Shown: positions 17,037 to 26,723 of the stretch, piece after piece | Layout: each line of letters starts with the position of its first letter | Numbering within the stretch: position 1 is the stretch's first letter | Virus record (IMG/VR): IMGVR_UViG_3300019762_000006 | Span: 1-64,000 of that record | Direction: 5' to 3' (one strand) | Source of the DNA: a virus | Length of the DNA: 64,000 nt | Notes under the pieces: model-generated | The model's database searches: none | Seen by the model: the letters and a program-made list of their open reading frames with translations, nothing else | Told to the model about the DNA's origin: nothing | Program-made: the position numbers and the translations under genes

Positions 17037-19229
17037 ATGAAACAAAAACTAAATAACAAGAAGGCCGATAAATTACACCCTAACTGGTCAAATGAACCGA
17101 CTGTAGAAGACTTAAGAAGTGATTTACACGCCTCTTCTAGTTTTCATGAAGACTATAAAAAGAAATTATTACAGTACGCAGAAGACAGAGATGGTGGTAA
17201 GAAGATTGAAGCCAGAGAAGGTAAATCAACAGCAAGACCTAAAGTAATTCGTAAGAATGCTGAATGGAAGTATCCTGCACTAGAAGATCCGTTCCTAAAT
17301 ACTGAGGATATGTTCGAAATAAAACCAAGGACTTGGGAAGATGCCGAAGCTGCTGAACAAAATGCTCTAATACTGAACTACCAATGGTCTTCTAAGATTA
17401 ACAAAACTAAATTGGTAAATGACATAGTTCGATATGTGGTTGATGATGGTACAGTTATAGTTAAAACTGGGTGGGAAGTAGAGGAAGAAGTAGTAGCTGA
17501 GTTACAAGAACAGGCAATCTATGCTAGTCCAGAAGAGTCACTAGTCCTAATGGAGCAAGGGTTAGCTGATGGTTCAATAAGTGAAGAAGAGTACTTAGCA
17601 AGGATAGAAACTGGAGAACCCCTACAAATTGGTATTGAGCAAGTTGAAGTAGAAGTTACAAAGTTAATTAAGAATCAGCCAAAATACGAAGTGTGTAATA
17701 CTGCCAATGTGATAATAGATCCTACATGTGAGGGAGACTTAGACCAAGCTCAGTTTATAATACACGAGTATGACACAAACATTGCAGAGTTAAAAAAAGA
17801 AGAGTATATAAAAGACATTGAGACTGGAGAGGTATCTGGAATATACCAGAACTTGGATAAAATCAAAGGTGAAGATGGTGTAGCAATATACGATGAACAC
17901 AAGAGTGATCAATATAATGAATTCAAATTCAATGACCAAGCTAGAAAGAAGTTAACAGCATATGAATATTGGGGTTACTGGGACGTTAATGGTGATGAGA
18001 CATTAGTGCCAATAGTAGCAACATGGGTCGGTGAGATCCTAATCAGATTAGAAGAAAATCCATTACCTCATAAGAAGTTGCCATTTAGTTTGGCTACATA
18101 TATGCCAGTTAAAAAAGAAGCAATGGGTGAGCCTGATGCTGAACTACTTAGAGAAAATCAAGAGTCAATTGGTAAGTTAACAAGAGCCGCACATGACATA
18201 ACAAGTGAACAAGCAGTAGGACAAGAGTTCATCGATGAACAACTGTTCCCAAGCATATCAGTAAGACAGCAATATGACAAAGGTAATACTGTATACTACA
18301 GAACTGGAATGAATCCAAAGAATGCAATATACAAAAAGACCGTAGATCCTGTGCCATCAAGTGTATTCAATATGATGAACTGGAACAATGGTGAAGTGGA
18401 AGCTCTATCAGGGACTAAGTCATTTGGTGGACAAGGAATATCAGGTAATGCTCTTGGAGATTCAGTCGGAGGAGTTAGAAGTGCTCTAGACGCTGTAAGT
18501 AAAAGAGAACTAAGTATACTAAGAAGACTAAGTGAGCTCTTTAAAGACTTGGCTAGAAAAACAATAGCAATGAATCAAGCTTACTTAAGTGAAGAAGAAG
18601 TAGTTAGAGTTACTAATGAAGAGTTTGTAACAGTACGTAGAGATGACTTGTCTGGAGAGTTTGACTTAAAAGTTGATGTAAGTACACCAGAGAAAGATGA
18701 AGATACTGCTAATAAATTAAATATGTTGCTACAAACAAATGCGGCTAGTATGGATCCTGCTGAAGCAAGGATATACAGAGCAAAGATTGCTAAACTGTGG
18801 AAGCAACCAGATTTAGCTAAGTCAATTGAGTCGTATGAACCACAAGTAGACCCAATTCAACAAGAACTGCAAATGCTTGCATTAGAAGAGGCTAGACTAA
18901 AAGTATCAATGGCTAGAAAAGAAATTGAAGAGATGGATTCAAGAATAGTTGAAAGAATTAGTAGGTCAGAAGAAAACTTCAAAGCTGATGCTGAAATGAA
19001 AATAGCAAAAGCGGAAGAATCAAGAGGAAGAGCGCAAGAAGCACTTGCTAATGCTGAGTTAGCTCGTGAAAAGGCTGATACAATGGCTAAAGAGTTTGTA
19101 AAAGATATGACAGGACAAACTAGAGCAGAAATTGAAAGAGATAAAGAGTACGATGCTAAGGTAAAAATGGCAGAAAAAGAATACTCTAAGGTTACAGATG
19201 CTAAAATAACACAAACAGGAGATAAATAA
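17037..19229 (+). CDS. portal protein (N4 gp59-like)
   Basis: PKVIRKNAEWKYPALEDPFL, GTVIVKTGW, AYEYWGYWD, SKRELSILRRL, G.FDLKVDVST. Confidence 0.92.
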   Translation: MKQKLNNKKADKLHPNWSNEPTVEDLRSDLHASSSFHEDYKKKLLQYAEDRDGGKKIEAREGKSTARPKVIRKNAEWKYPALEDPFLNTEDMFEIKPRTWEDAEAAEQNALILNYQWSSKINKTKLVNDIVRYVVDDGTVIVKTGWEVEEEVVAELQEQAIYASPEESLVLMEQGLADGSISEEEYLARIETGEPLQIGIEQVEVEVTKLIKNQPKYEVCNTANVIIDPTCEGDLDQAQFIIHEYDTNIAELKKEEYIKDIETGEVSGIYQNLDKIKGEDGVAIYDEHKSDQYNEFKFNDQARKKLTAYEYWGYWDVNGDETLVPIVATWVGEILIRLEENPLPHKKLPFSLATYMPVKKEAMGEPDAELLRENQESIGKLTRAAHDITSEQAVGQEFIDEQLFPSISVRQQYDKGNTVYYRTGMNPKNAIYKKTVDPVPSSVFNMMNWNNGEVEALSGTKSFGGQGISGNALGDSVGGVRSALDAVSKRELSILRRLSELFKDLARKTIAMNQAYLSEEEVVRVTNEEFVTVRRDDLSGEFDLKVDVSTPEKDEDTANKLNMLLQTNAASMDPAEARIYRAKIAKLWKQPDLAKSIESYEPQVDPIQQELQMLALEEARLKVSMARKEIEEMDSRIVERISRSEENFKADAEMKIAKAEESRGRAQEALANAELAREKADTMAKEFVKDMTGQTRAEIERDKEYDAKVKMAEKEYSKVTDAKITQTGDK

Positions 19230-19621
19230 TGGCAGCAGCACCAACATACGCAGATTTAGACAGAGAAAAGAAACAAGCCCAAATGGCTGAACAACAACAA
19301 ATGGAACAAGCTCAAAGAGCTCAACAAGCCGAAATTGCTAAACAGCGAGAAGCTAATCCAATGCTACAAGCGTATATGAATAAACAAAGTCAGCAAGGCT
19401 TAATGCCTAATAATGCTGTAAATGAATACTCAGCAACTGCTGGATTGATTGCTGACCAAAGTCCTGACCAAATGGCTTATAGTCAAAATATGGTAAATGC
19501 TGCACTAAAAGGTCAATTAGATCCAAAAAATGTGCTAGAAGATGAAAGTGTGCTACCAGAAATGCGAAATGCTCTAATGGAAACACTAAGACAACCTTCA
19601 GGACTTGGTACTCTAGGGTAA
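19229..19621 (+). CDS. Gln-rich hypothetical protein (130 aa)
   Basis: TAATG coupling to portal; no Cys. Confidence 0.7.
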   Translation: MAAAPTYADLDREKKQAQMAEQQQMEQAQRAQQAEIAKQREANPMLQAYMNKQSQQGLMPNNAVNEYSATAGLIADQSPDQMAYSQNMVNAALKGQLDPKNVLEDESVLPEMRNALMETLRQPSGLGTLG

Positions 19622-19688
19622 CATACCTATGACCAGATAACGGATGTCGTAAAAAGCTGTAAATTAAAACACTGAAAGGATTAATGCA

Positions 19689-20063
19689 ATGAGTGAAAAA
19701 CTTAACATTGACGAGCAAATTGCTGAATTAGATACGGATATCGGGATACAAACTTGGTACATTGAAAGAGCTGAGGCTCTAGAAAAGTTAAAGAAAATGC
19801 CTGAGTTCCAAATGGTTATTATGGATGGGTTTATAAATATTGAGGCTGATAGAGTGTATAACTTATTAACAGACCCAAGAACAGTTAAACTAGAAGATAA
19901 GGATATTTACTTAAGTAAATTAGACACTATAAGAAATATGAGCGCATACTTAGGCACAGAGACATACCCAGGTACAGTTGCTAACTTGGCGGTTAATGCC
20001 AAATCTGCACTTGAATCTGCCGAAGCAATGAAAAGAGAATTGCTGTTAGGTAAAGGTGAATAA
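19689..20063 (+). CDS. N4 gp58-like protein
   Basis: ALEKLKKMPEFQMVIMDGF; position between portal and scaffold. Confidence 0.6.
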   Translation: MSEKLNIDEQIAELDTDIGIQTWYIERAEALEKLKKMPEFQMVIMDGFINIEADRVYNLLTDPRTVKLEDKDIYLSKLDTIRNMSAYLGTETYPGTVANLAVNAKSALESAEAMKRELLLGKGE

Positions 20064-20065
20064 CT

Positions 20066-21337
20066 ATGGCTGAATACTTAAGTGCAAAAGAAGAACTTGA
20101 AGCAATGATTAACGGGACTCACGTAAGTCCAGATATCGAAGCAGATGAAGAGCAAAATGAAAGTGTTGATGAAGGAGTAGAATCTGAAGAGTTTGGTGAA
20201 CAAACTGAAGAAGATACTACCGAAACTGAGGAATCGACTGAGGAAGAAGCAGAAGACAATGAGGACACAGACCAAGAGACGGAAGCTGAAGAGGAAGAAG
20301 ACACAGAGGATACTACTGACGAGGAGAATCCAGAAACTTCCGAAACGACAGAGGAAGGTGAGGAAGAAGACGCTCATGAAACTACTGAAGATGAATCTAC
20401 AGATGAATCAGATGAACCTATAACAGAAGAAAATGTGGATGAAATAGACTACAAAGGATTCTATGAAAAGGTGGCTTTAGCTAAATTTACAGCTAATGGT
20501 AGAGAGGTTGAAGGATTTAAAGATCCAGAGGACTTAGTAAGAGCACAACAAATGCTACATGGGTATAGTGACAAAATGAAGGTATTCAAAGAATACAAGA
20601 AATTCCTAAAACCCTTGGAAGAGCGTGGTGTAATTGCTGACCCAGATAAATTCAACCTGGCAATGAGCTTGTTAGATGGTGACCCAGAAGCACTAAAGAA
20701 AGTGATTAAGGATAAGGGTATGGACCCTATGGAAATGGACTTAGAGGATATCAAGTATACCCCTAAGAATTCCATTGCAACTGAAGCACAATTAGTGATA
20801 GATGAGGCATACACACAAGCAACAGATTTGGGAGTTGCTGACAAATTCAACAAAGTTCTAACTAAAGATTGGGATGTTGACAGTTTGCAAGAAATGGTTA
20901 ACAATACTGCAGTTAGAAATGACTTGTTAGCACACCTAAAAGATGGTACATATGATATGGTACAAGCTGAAATTAGAAGAATGGAGTTGTTAGACTCTAG
21001 AGGAGAATTGGATTCAGTATCGTCGGTTGATAAGTATAGAAAGGCAATTGCTAGACTACAACAGAATCAACCAAAAGCGGTGACTGCCCCAGTTCAACCA
21101 AAGGTAGATAACACTGCTAAGATTGAGGCTGAAAAAGCTAAGATTGAGAAAGACAGACAAGCTGCAGAGTTCAAGAAGAAAGCTGCAGAAAAAGAGAAAG
21201 CTGTTGCGGAACAACGAAAGAAGGCTGCTTCAGTTAGTAAGAAGAAAACTGTGAAGAAAGTTACTGTTAAACCAAACCCTGAGGAACTCAGTGGGGATGC
21301 GTTTAGAGAACACTTCAAAAATATGATGATGGGTTAA
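20066..21337 (+). CDS. scaffold-like protein (N4 gp57-like)
   Basis: Acidic N-terminus; FTANGREV...QQM..GYSDKM; G.PEALKK; just upstream of MCP. Confidence 0.8.
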   Translation: MAEYLSAKEELEAMINGTHVSPDIEADEEQNESVDEGVESEEFGEQTEEDTTETEESTEEEAEDNEDTDQETEAEEEEDTEDTTDEENPETSETTEEGEEEDAHETTEDESTDESDEPITEENVDEIDYKGFYEKVALAKFTANGREVEGFKDPEDLVRAQQMLHGYSDKMKVFKEYKKFLKPLEERGVIADPDKFNLAMSLLDGDPEALKKVIKDKGMDPMEMDLEDIKYTPKNSIATEAQLVIDEAYTQATDLGVADKFNKVLTKDWDVDSLQEMVNNTAVRNDLLAHLKDGTYDMVQAEIRRMELLDSRGELDSVSSVDKYRKAIARLQQNQPKAVTAPVQPKVDNTAKIEAEKAKIEKDRQAAEFKKKAAEKEKAVAEQRKKAASVSKKKTVKKVTVKPNPEELSGDAFREHFKNMMMG

Positions 21338-21371
21338 GCTCCATCGTCAATAAAAAACAAGGAATATAAAA

Positions 21372-22793
21372 ATGGCTGAATTAACAGGAAAATTTAACTC
21401 TGGTGGTGAAACATCAACAACAATTGATAGACAGTTTACTGATGAATATGTAAGTAAAGCGGTAGTAGAAGTACCAAAAAGAAAGAGACATTTCTCAGTA
21501 AGAGCTGATAGATTTACAATGCCAAAGAACTATGGTGACAAATTGTCAAGAGAAGTATCGTATGGTATGCTGGATAAAAGAGTACTAATTGATGGTGGTG
21601 TTGATGCTAATACTGCAACAATTCTACAAGATGTTTGGTATGTAGTTCCAACAGGCTCAAAAGATATTACTGCTGCTACAGCTGTATTTGATACTAAAGA
21701 CTACTTTGCTACTGGTTCATATGCTACATGGGATTTAGCTAGAGACGCTGCTAAAGCTGCTGCTACTGCGGATGCTGGTGTTGGTGAAGAAATTGTATCT
21801 GGTTCAGGTGGTATGGTTAATGGAGAAGCATCTTATGCTGCTACAGAAGGTCCGTTAGTTGAAATGCCAGAAGAAGGTGGAGTAATCAATTTACTAAATC
21901 ACTACAGTAAAATGGTATCTGCAAAAATCACATTCCACGGTGTAGGACATAAGTTCTCAATGAGATCTGTAAACTTAGATTCAAGAAAAGGTTTAATTGC
22001 TAGAAAGATTCAATATATGGCAGATGCTGTACAGGATATTAAGGAAATGCAAGTTAGAAGAGACTTAATTGCTGCTTCACATGTAAACTCAATTATCTGT
22101 AATGCTCCAGAAAATCCTGATACGGACTTAACATCAGAAATTGATGGTATTGATGTATTATCATACACAGGTTTAGAAGTATTAGAACAGTACTTACTTA
22201 ACAATGATGTTCCAATGGACACAGAGATCCTATCTGGTGTAGATTTAGTTGATACTAAAGTTGTATCTGATGCATGGATTATTTATGTTAATACTGAAGT
22301 ATTACCAACATTGAGAGCAATGAAAGGTCCAGGAGACGTACTTGTATGGGTTCCAAAAGAACAATATGCAGCTGGTACAGAGTTACTAGATGGTGAAGTT
22401 GGTAAAATTGGTCAATTCAGATTCGTAGCTGTTAAAGATATGGAAAGAGAATATGGTGCTGGTGCTGAAGTTGGTAAAGTAGATGTTGATACACAAATTG
22501 GCGATGCTGCAAATGCTGCAACTCAAGCAGCGGCTTACCAAACAAATGGCTTCTATGATGTGTTTACTGCAATGGTAATTGGTGATGATTCATTCTCAAT
22601 TACAGGATTCGGTTCAAATATGACTAAAGCGTCGTACATTGCTCCTAAGAAAGATGTGCACAATGATATGCATGCTCAAATGGCAGGTATCTCAGCGGAT
22701 TGGTCATATGGTTTCTTAAACTACCGACCAGAGAGATTGACTTCATTGAAGTTCTCGGTTTCGAAGAACCCTAGTATAGTAGCTGCAGCTTAG
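21372..22793 (+). CDS. major capsid protein (N4 gp56-like)
   Basis: MPKNYG, EEGG.IN, GEVGKIGQFRFV, YDVF..VIGDDSF, YGFLNYRPERL. Confidence 0.92.
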   Translation: MAELTGKFNSGGETSTTIDRQFTDEYVSKAVVEVPKRKRHFSVRADRFTMPKNYGDKLSREVSYGMLDKRVLIDGGVDANTATILQDVWYVVPTGSKDITAATAVFDTKDYFATGSYATWDLARDAAKAAATADAGVGEEIVSGSGGMVNGEASYAATEGPLVEMPEEGGVINLLNHYSKMVSAKITFHGVGHKFSMRSVNLDSRKGLIARKIQYMADAVQDIKEMQVRRDLIAASHVNSIICNAPENPDTDLTSEIDGIDVLSYTGLEVLEQYLLNNDVPMDTEILSGVDLVDTKVVSDAWIIYVNTEVLPTLRAMKGPGDVLVWVPKEQYAAGTELLDGEVGKIGQFRFVAVKDMEREYGAGAEVGKVDVDTQIGDAANAATQAAAYQTNGFYDVFTAMVIGDDSFSITGFGSNMTKASYIAPKKDVHNDMHAQMAGISADWSYGFLNYRPERLTSLKFSVSKNPSIVAAA

Positions 22794-22909
22794 TATTAAC
22801 TAAGCTTCACTGCGATATAATATCAAATAAGAGTTAATTGTGGAGGTGAAATGCCTCCAACACATAATAAATAGCAATGGTGAAAGCTAACTATATAAGG
22901 AATGAATAA

Positions 22910-23512
22910 ATGGCAAAAACATTTAAACAAATGAATAAAGACGAGTTAATTAAAGCTACTGAAAGCTTGGGGTTAACAGATAAAGTGAAAGAGTCTGCTG
23001 TAGATGCAGAAGATATTAAAAATGCTGAATACGTAACAGTATTGGAGGCTTATAAAGCCGCACAAGATGAAATTAACAAAGAGACTAAAGAAGAGTTGAG
23101 TAAAACTGAGAATACTGCAAAAACTCCTGTTGAAGCTCCTAAGAAAATGGTGGATAAGTTTGAAAGAGCTAAATTGAAGCAAGTTAAGTTCAAGTATATT
23201 GTAACTGACCATCAAAATACAGTGGATATCGAAGAAGATGATGAGACAAGAACATTCCCAATCCAATATGGTAACCAAACATCAGGCCCAAAAAACTGGA
23301 ATGTGGGACTACATAGTAATCCTCAAGCACTCCCGTTTAGTGTTGCTAAAAAACTGGAAGAAATTATGTCAATTGTACATATTAAAAATTCAAAAGATGA
23401 ACCTGTAGCTAAGTCACAGAAGAGATTTAGAGTAACTAAAGTTGAAGGTTGGACACAAGATGAAATTGACGCCTTAAAAAGAACTCAAAATACTAGAAAA
23501 TTCAAAGACTAG
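22910..23512 (+). CDS. N4 gp55-like protein
   Basis: After MCP; C-terminal WTQDEIDALKRTQ. Confidence 0.55.
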   Translation: MAKTFKQMNKDELIKATESLGLTDKVKESAVDAEDIKNAEYVTVLEAYKAAQDEINKETKEELSKTENTAKTPVEAPKKMVDKFERAKLKQVKFKYIVTDHQNTVDIEEDDETRTFPIQYGNQTSGPKNWNVGLHSNPQALPFSVAKKLEEIMSIVHIKNSKDEPVAKSQKRFRVTKVEGWTQDEIDALKRTQNTRKFKD

Positions 23513-23552
23513 TTTAGTTAGAGCTTACTAAGGTAGGCTCTATAGTAAACTA
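23510..23552 (+). other. long RNA hairpin (terminator or processing site)
   Basis: TAGTTTA..TAGAGCTTAC-TAAG-GTAGGCTCTA..TAAACTA. Confidence 0.55.
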
Positions 23553-23566
23553 ATAAGGAAAATTAC

Positions 23567-24421
23567 ATGGCAACAATAACAGTATCAACAGAATTAGATA
23601 TACTAGATAAGTATGAATCCCTGGTTAAGTCCTCTCTAGGTTCTGAATCTATATACATTAGAGCTAAAGAAACCATATCAGACTTGTTAGTTAAAGGTGG
23701 TTTGACGGGGGCTGACAAAGCTAAACTTATAGGTGAAACTATTGCAGGATTGAGTAGTGGCTTGGCAAGTTCCTGTATGGCTACTGCTTTGCAATGGGAA
23801 TCCTCTGAAAAGGACTTTGCTTTAAAGAAGTTAGAGCTAGAAAAACAGTTAGACATCCTAACTAATGAGATAGACAAAACTAAGAATGAGGCGGATAGGC
23901 TGAGAAATGCTGACTTGATACAACAAGCTGAGAGCTTACGTAATAACGGAGCAATGACTGTCGTAGATGATAAAGTAATAGCATTAAACGATACTGGTGC
24001 TGTATATGAGAATATACTACTTACCAGAGAAAAAGTGGAAAGTGAGAATAAGGCCCAGTTACTTAGTGAGGCTAAATTAAATGAGACTAATGCTGTTATC
24101 CATAAAGTAATAGCAGATACATATGTAAACTATGGTATGTATAGCGGGTACAGTATAACAGATTCAGGTGTTACAGGAATAACAGACTATACTCCTTCAG
24201 GATTGACTACATTAAGTGGGGCACAACTAGAGATAGCTAAAGAACAGGCAAAAGGCTATGTATACAACGCTTGGTCGAACGTGGCAAGTGGCTTAGGTTC
24301 AACAATTGGTGTGGCTTTGACAAGTGAGACAGATATATTTTCAGGTGCTAATGCGGGTATACTTACAACATGGAAAGATACTATTGAAAAGTTAAATGCT
24401 ACAACACCAGCAAGCTTCTAG
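23567..24421 (+). CDS. structural protein (N4 gp54-like position)
   Basis: Helical; AQLEIAKEQAKGY; gene order. Confidence 0.55.
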   Translation: MATITVSTELDILDKYESLVKSSLGSESIYIRAKETISDLLVKGGLTGADKAKLIGETIAGLSSGLASSCMATALQWESSEKDFALKKLELEKQLDILTNEIDKTKNEADRLRNADLIQQAESLRNNGAMTVVDDKVIALNDTGAVYENILLTREKVESENKAQLLSEAKLNETNAVIHKVIADTYVNYGMYSGYSITDSGVTGITDYTPSGLTTLSGAQLEIAKEQAKGYVYNAWSNVASGLGSTIGVALTSETDIFSGANAGILTTWKDTIEKLNATTPASF

Positions 24422-24429
24422 GAGGATAT

Positions 24430-24786
24430 ATGAGTAATTTTGTAATAACAAAAGGAGTAGACAACGAGTTTACATTCACAATAAAACAAACAGGCACTAC
24501 CTTGCCAATGGAGATTGAAGTTACGGACACATTCGTAGCAACATTAGTACCCCTAGAAAAAGAGGGAGTAATTAGTGGTATGGAGTATACGATGACTACA
24601 GAAGATGCTGTTAATGGTAAGATCAAACTCAACATACCAGAAGCAGATACTGTGGACTTAGTATCGGATAAAGGGGACAAAGTAGACAGATACTACAATA
24701 GACCCACGTATAAACTAATAGTTGAGTGTGATACAGTAAATAATGGCAATTTCACAGCTAAAGTACCATTAGTATATGTGGATTAA
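24430..24786 (+). CDS. small beta-rich virion protein
   Basis: AGGAGG SD; DAVNGKIKLNIPEADT. Confidence 0.55.
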   Translation: MSNFVITKGVDNEFTFTIKQTGTTLPMEIEVTDTFVATLVPLEKEGVISGMEYTMTTEDAVNGKIKLNIPEADTVDLVSDKGDKVDRYYNRPTYKLIVECDTVNNGNFTAKVPLVYVD

Positions 24787-24788
24787 CT

Positions 24789-26657
24789 ATGAATGAATTA
24801 GAGCTAAATCAGATAGAACTAGCTGCAGATGAACACGAGGTAGTAGCTACTATAGCTGAAATACAACAAGAAGATAACACAGACTTAGAAGTATCCTCAG
24901 TAAAGAATGAATACAGTATAGTTGGTGATGCTTTGTATGCAAGTGTGTCTGCAGGAAATGCTCCTCAATGGTTGGTGAACATAATAGACAGCGTGGTAGA
25001 CGGGTTAATAAGTGGTAAAGTCACGGACTTACAAACTGCGGTAGCTAGTATAAACCAGAGTCTACTAGAGTTGGACATAGCTAAGAACCAATACCAAGAA
25101 CTAATAAACATCGAAGAAACAATAGATGGAGTAATAACTAGTAAGTTAGAGACACTAAATGCTACAGTAGCTGGGAATGCTGCTAACATCCTAAGTCTGG
25201 ACACTAACAAAGTGACAGCAGATGAAGCACTTGCTATAGCAATAGATCACTTAAATGCTCAGATATCTGATGGGGATATATACTCACTAGTTACAGCACT
25301 AAACACGGCTATAGCTAATGCTGAGATAAGTGCATCTAGCCAAATAAATACCCTAACTTCAGTGTTTGACAACAACCAAAGTACGGTAGAAAGTATCCTA
25401 AGTAGCAGTGCAGGAGAATATTCAGCAGAAGCTAATGCAGTAACAGACTTAATGAGTACAAGTGTAGATGAGAATGGGGATGTATCTTACGGTGGTATAG
25501 TAGGTAAGATGGTAACTAAGACTGCTGAGGGAGTAGCTTCAGTAGGTGCTAGTACTAGTTCACAGGCATACCTAAACAATGTCTATGCACAAGGTCTGCA
25601 AAGTAACTTCACAAATATCCTAGGAGACTATGTAAACTCCGGACTTGAATACAAGAGTATAATATCTATAAACGGTAAGCAATATGAGAGTGGGTTTGGT
25701 TTAAATATCACAGGAAATGGTTCTGGTACAGTAGCTGATCCATATGAGAGTGAGTTCTGGATAAATGCTGAGAGGCTAAAGTTTACTAATAGCAATCAGA
25801 CAGGACAAGCAGCTCCGTTTACTATAGATGCAAGTGGTACAGTTCCACAAGTTAAGTTTAATGGTGTAGTAGAGTTTAGTAATATAAATGGTGGAGATGA
25901 CATAGCACTTAATAGCGAACTGGCTGCTGGTACTACTGTAATAGATGGTGCTGGTATAACTACAGGTACTGTAACAGCAGATAAGATAAACACAACAGAC
26001 TTAGAAGTGCAAAATGTGGGTCCTGGTGGAAATACTCCATCCTTTGAAATACGTGCCGATGGTACTGCAGGTGAGCATGTATTAGGAGTAGGCAATGGTG
26101 TAAATATATATGGAAGTAGTATATATGGTGGCGACATATCAGGTTCAGCAATAACTGGAGGTACTATTACAGGTACAACTGGGAGTTTTAAAGGCGAGCT
26201 TACATTAAGTAAACTTGGTAATTCGGATGTTACCATAAGTGATGGATCCTCGTATATACCAGCAATAGCATTTGATACAGTTACAAGTAATTTGAGTGTG
26301 TCTGGTGGAGGTGGTGGAACTACCTCTAGCATCTATGTTAGTAAACCTATCCGTAACCACACATCTTTTCTATTCTTAGGAAATCTGAACGTAGTTGCTT
26401 ATGATACTAGTGAAGCTGGGGATACTACAGCTATCGGGTTTGTACACTACAGTGTTGATAATGGAGCGTCGTGGGTACTTATAGGTGCCTCAGGTGCTGG
26501 GTTATTATCAGAAGGTCTTGTGCATAAGGCAGTATCAGGTGTTATGGTTCCTTCTACTGGCACTAACTTAAAAATACGTGTGACTTTAACCGTAGATGGA
26601 GAGGCCGGTACGTTAGCCCTCAATAATGGGAGTTTGATGATATCAAATTTAGGGTAA
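24789..26657 (+). CDS. tail fibre/tip protein with DUF1983-like segment
   Basis: Coiled coil then SEFWINAERLKF..APFTID..VKFNG; Gly-rich IDGAGITTGTVTADKI. Confidence 0.7.
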   Translation: MNELELNQIELAADEHEVVATIAEIQQEDNTDLEVSSVKNEYSIVGDALYASVSAGNAPQWLVNIIDSVVDGLISGKVTDLQTAVASINQSLLELDIAKNQYQELINIEETIDGVITSKLETLNATVAGNAANILSLDTNKVTADEALAIAIDHLNAQISDGDIYSLVTALNTAIANAEISASSQINTLTSVFDNNQSTVESILSSSAGEYSAEANAVTDLMSTSVDENGDVSYGGIVGKMVTKTAEGVASVGASTSSQAYLNNVYAQGLQSNFTNILGDYVNSGLEYKSIISINGKQYESGFGLNITGNGSGTVADPYESEFWINAERLKFTNSNQTGQAAPFTIDASGTVPQVKFNGVVEFSNINGGDDIALNSELAAGTTVIDGAGITTGTVTADKINTTDLEVQNVGPGGNTPSFEIRADGTAGEHVLGVGNGVNIYGSSIYGGDISGSAITGGTITGTTGSFKGELTLSKLGNSDVTISDGSSYIPAIAFDTVTSNLSVSGGGGGTTSSIYVSKPIRNHTSFLFLGNLNVVAYDTSEAGDTTAIGFVHYSVDNGASWVLIGASGAGLLSEGLVHKAVSGVMVPSTGTNLKIRVTLTVDGEAGTLALNNGSLMISNLG

Positions 26658-26672
26658 CCAAAAGGAAAATAA

Positions 26673-26723
26673 ATGTTAGTAACAGTAACAAATGTAGAAC
26701 TAGCTGGAATAGCGAGTGACTAA
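26673..26723 (+). CDS. 16-aa leader ORF MLVTVTNVELAGIASD
   Basis: AAAGGA SD; TAATG overlap with 26723. Confidence 0.4.
   Translation: MLVTVTNVELAGIASD

Noticed and set aside
20066-20450. GAA/GAG low-complexity stretch as a DNA repeat element
   Set aside because: Explained by the acidic N-terminus of the scaffold-like protein
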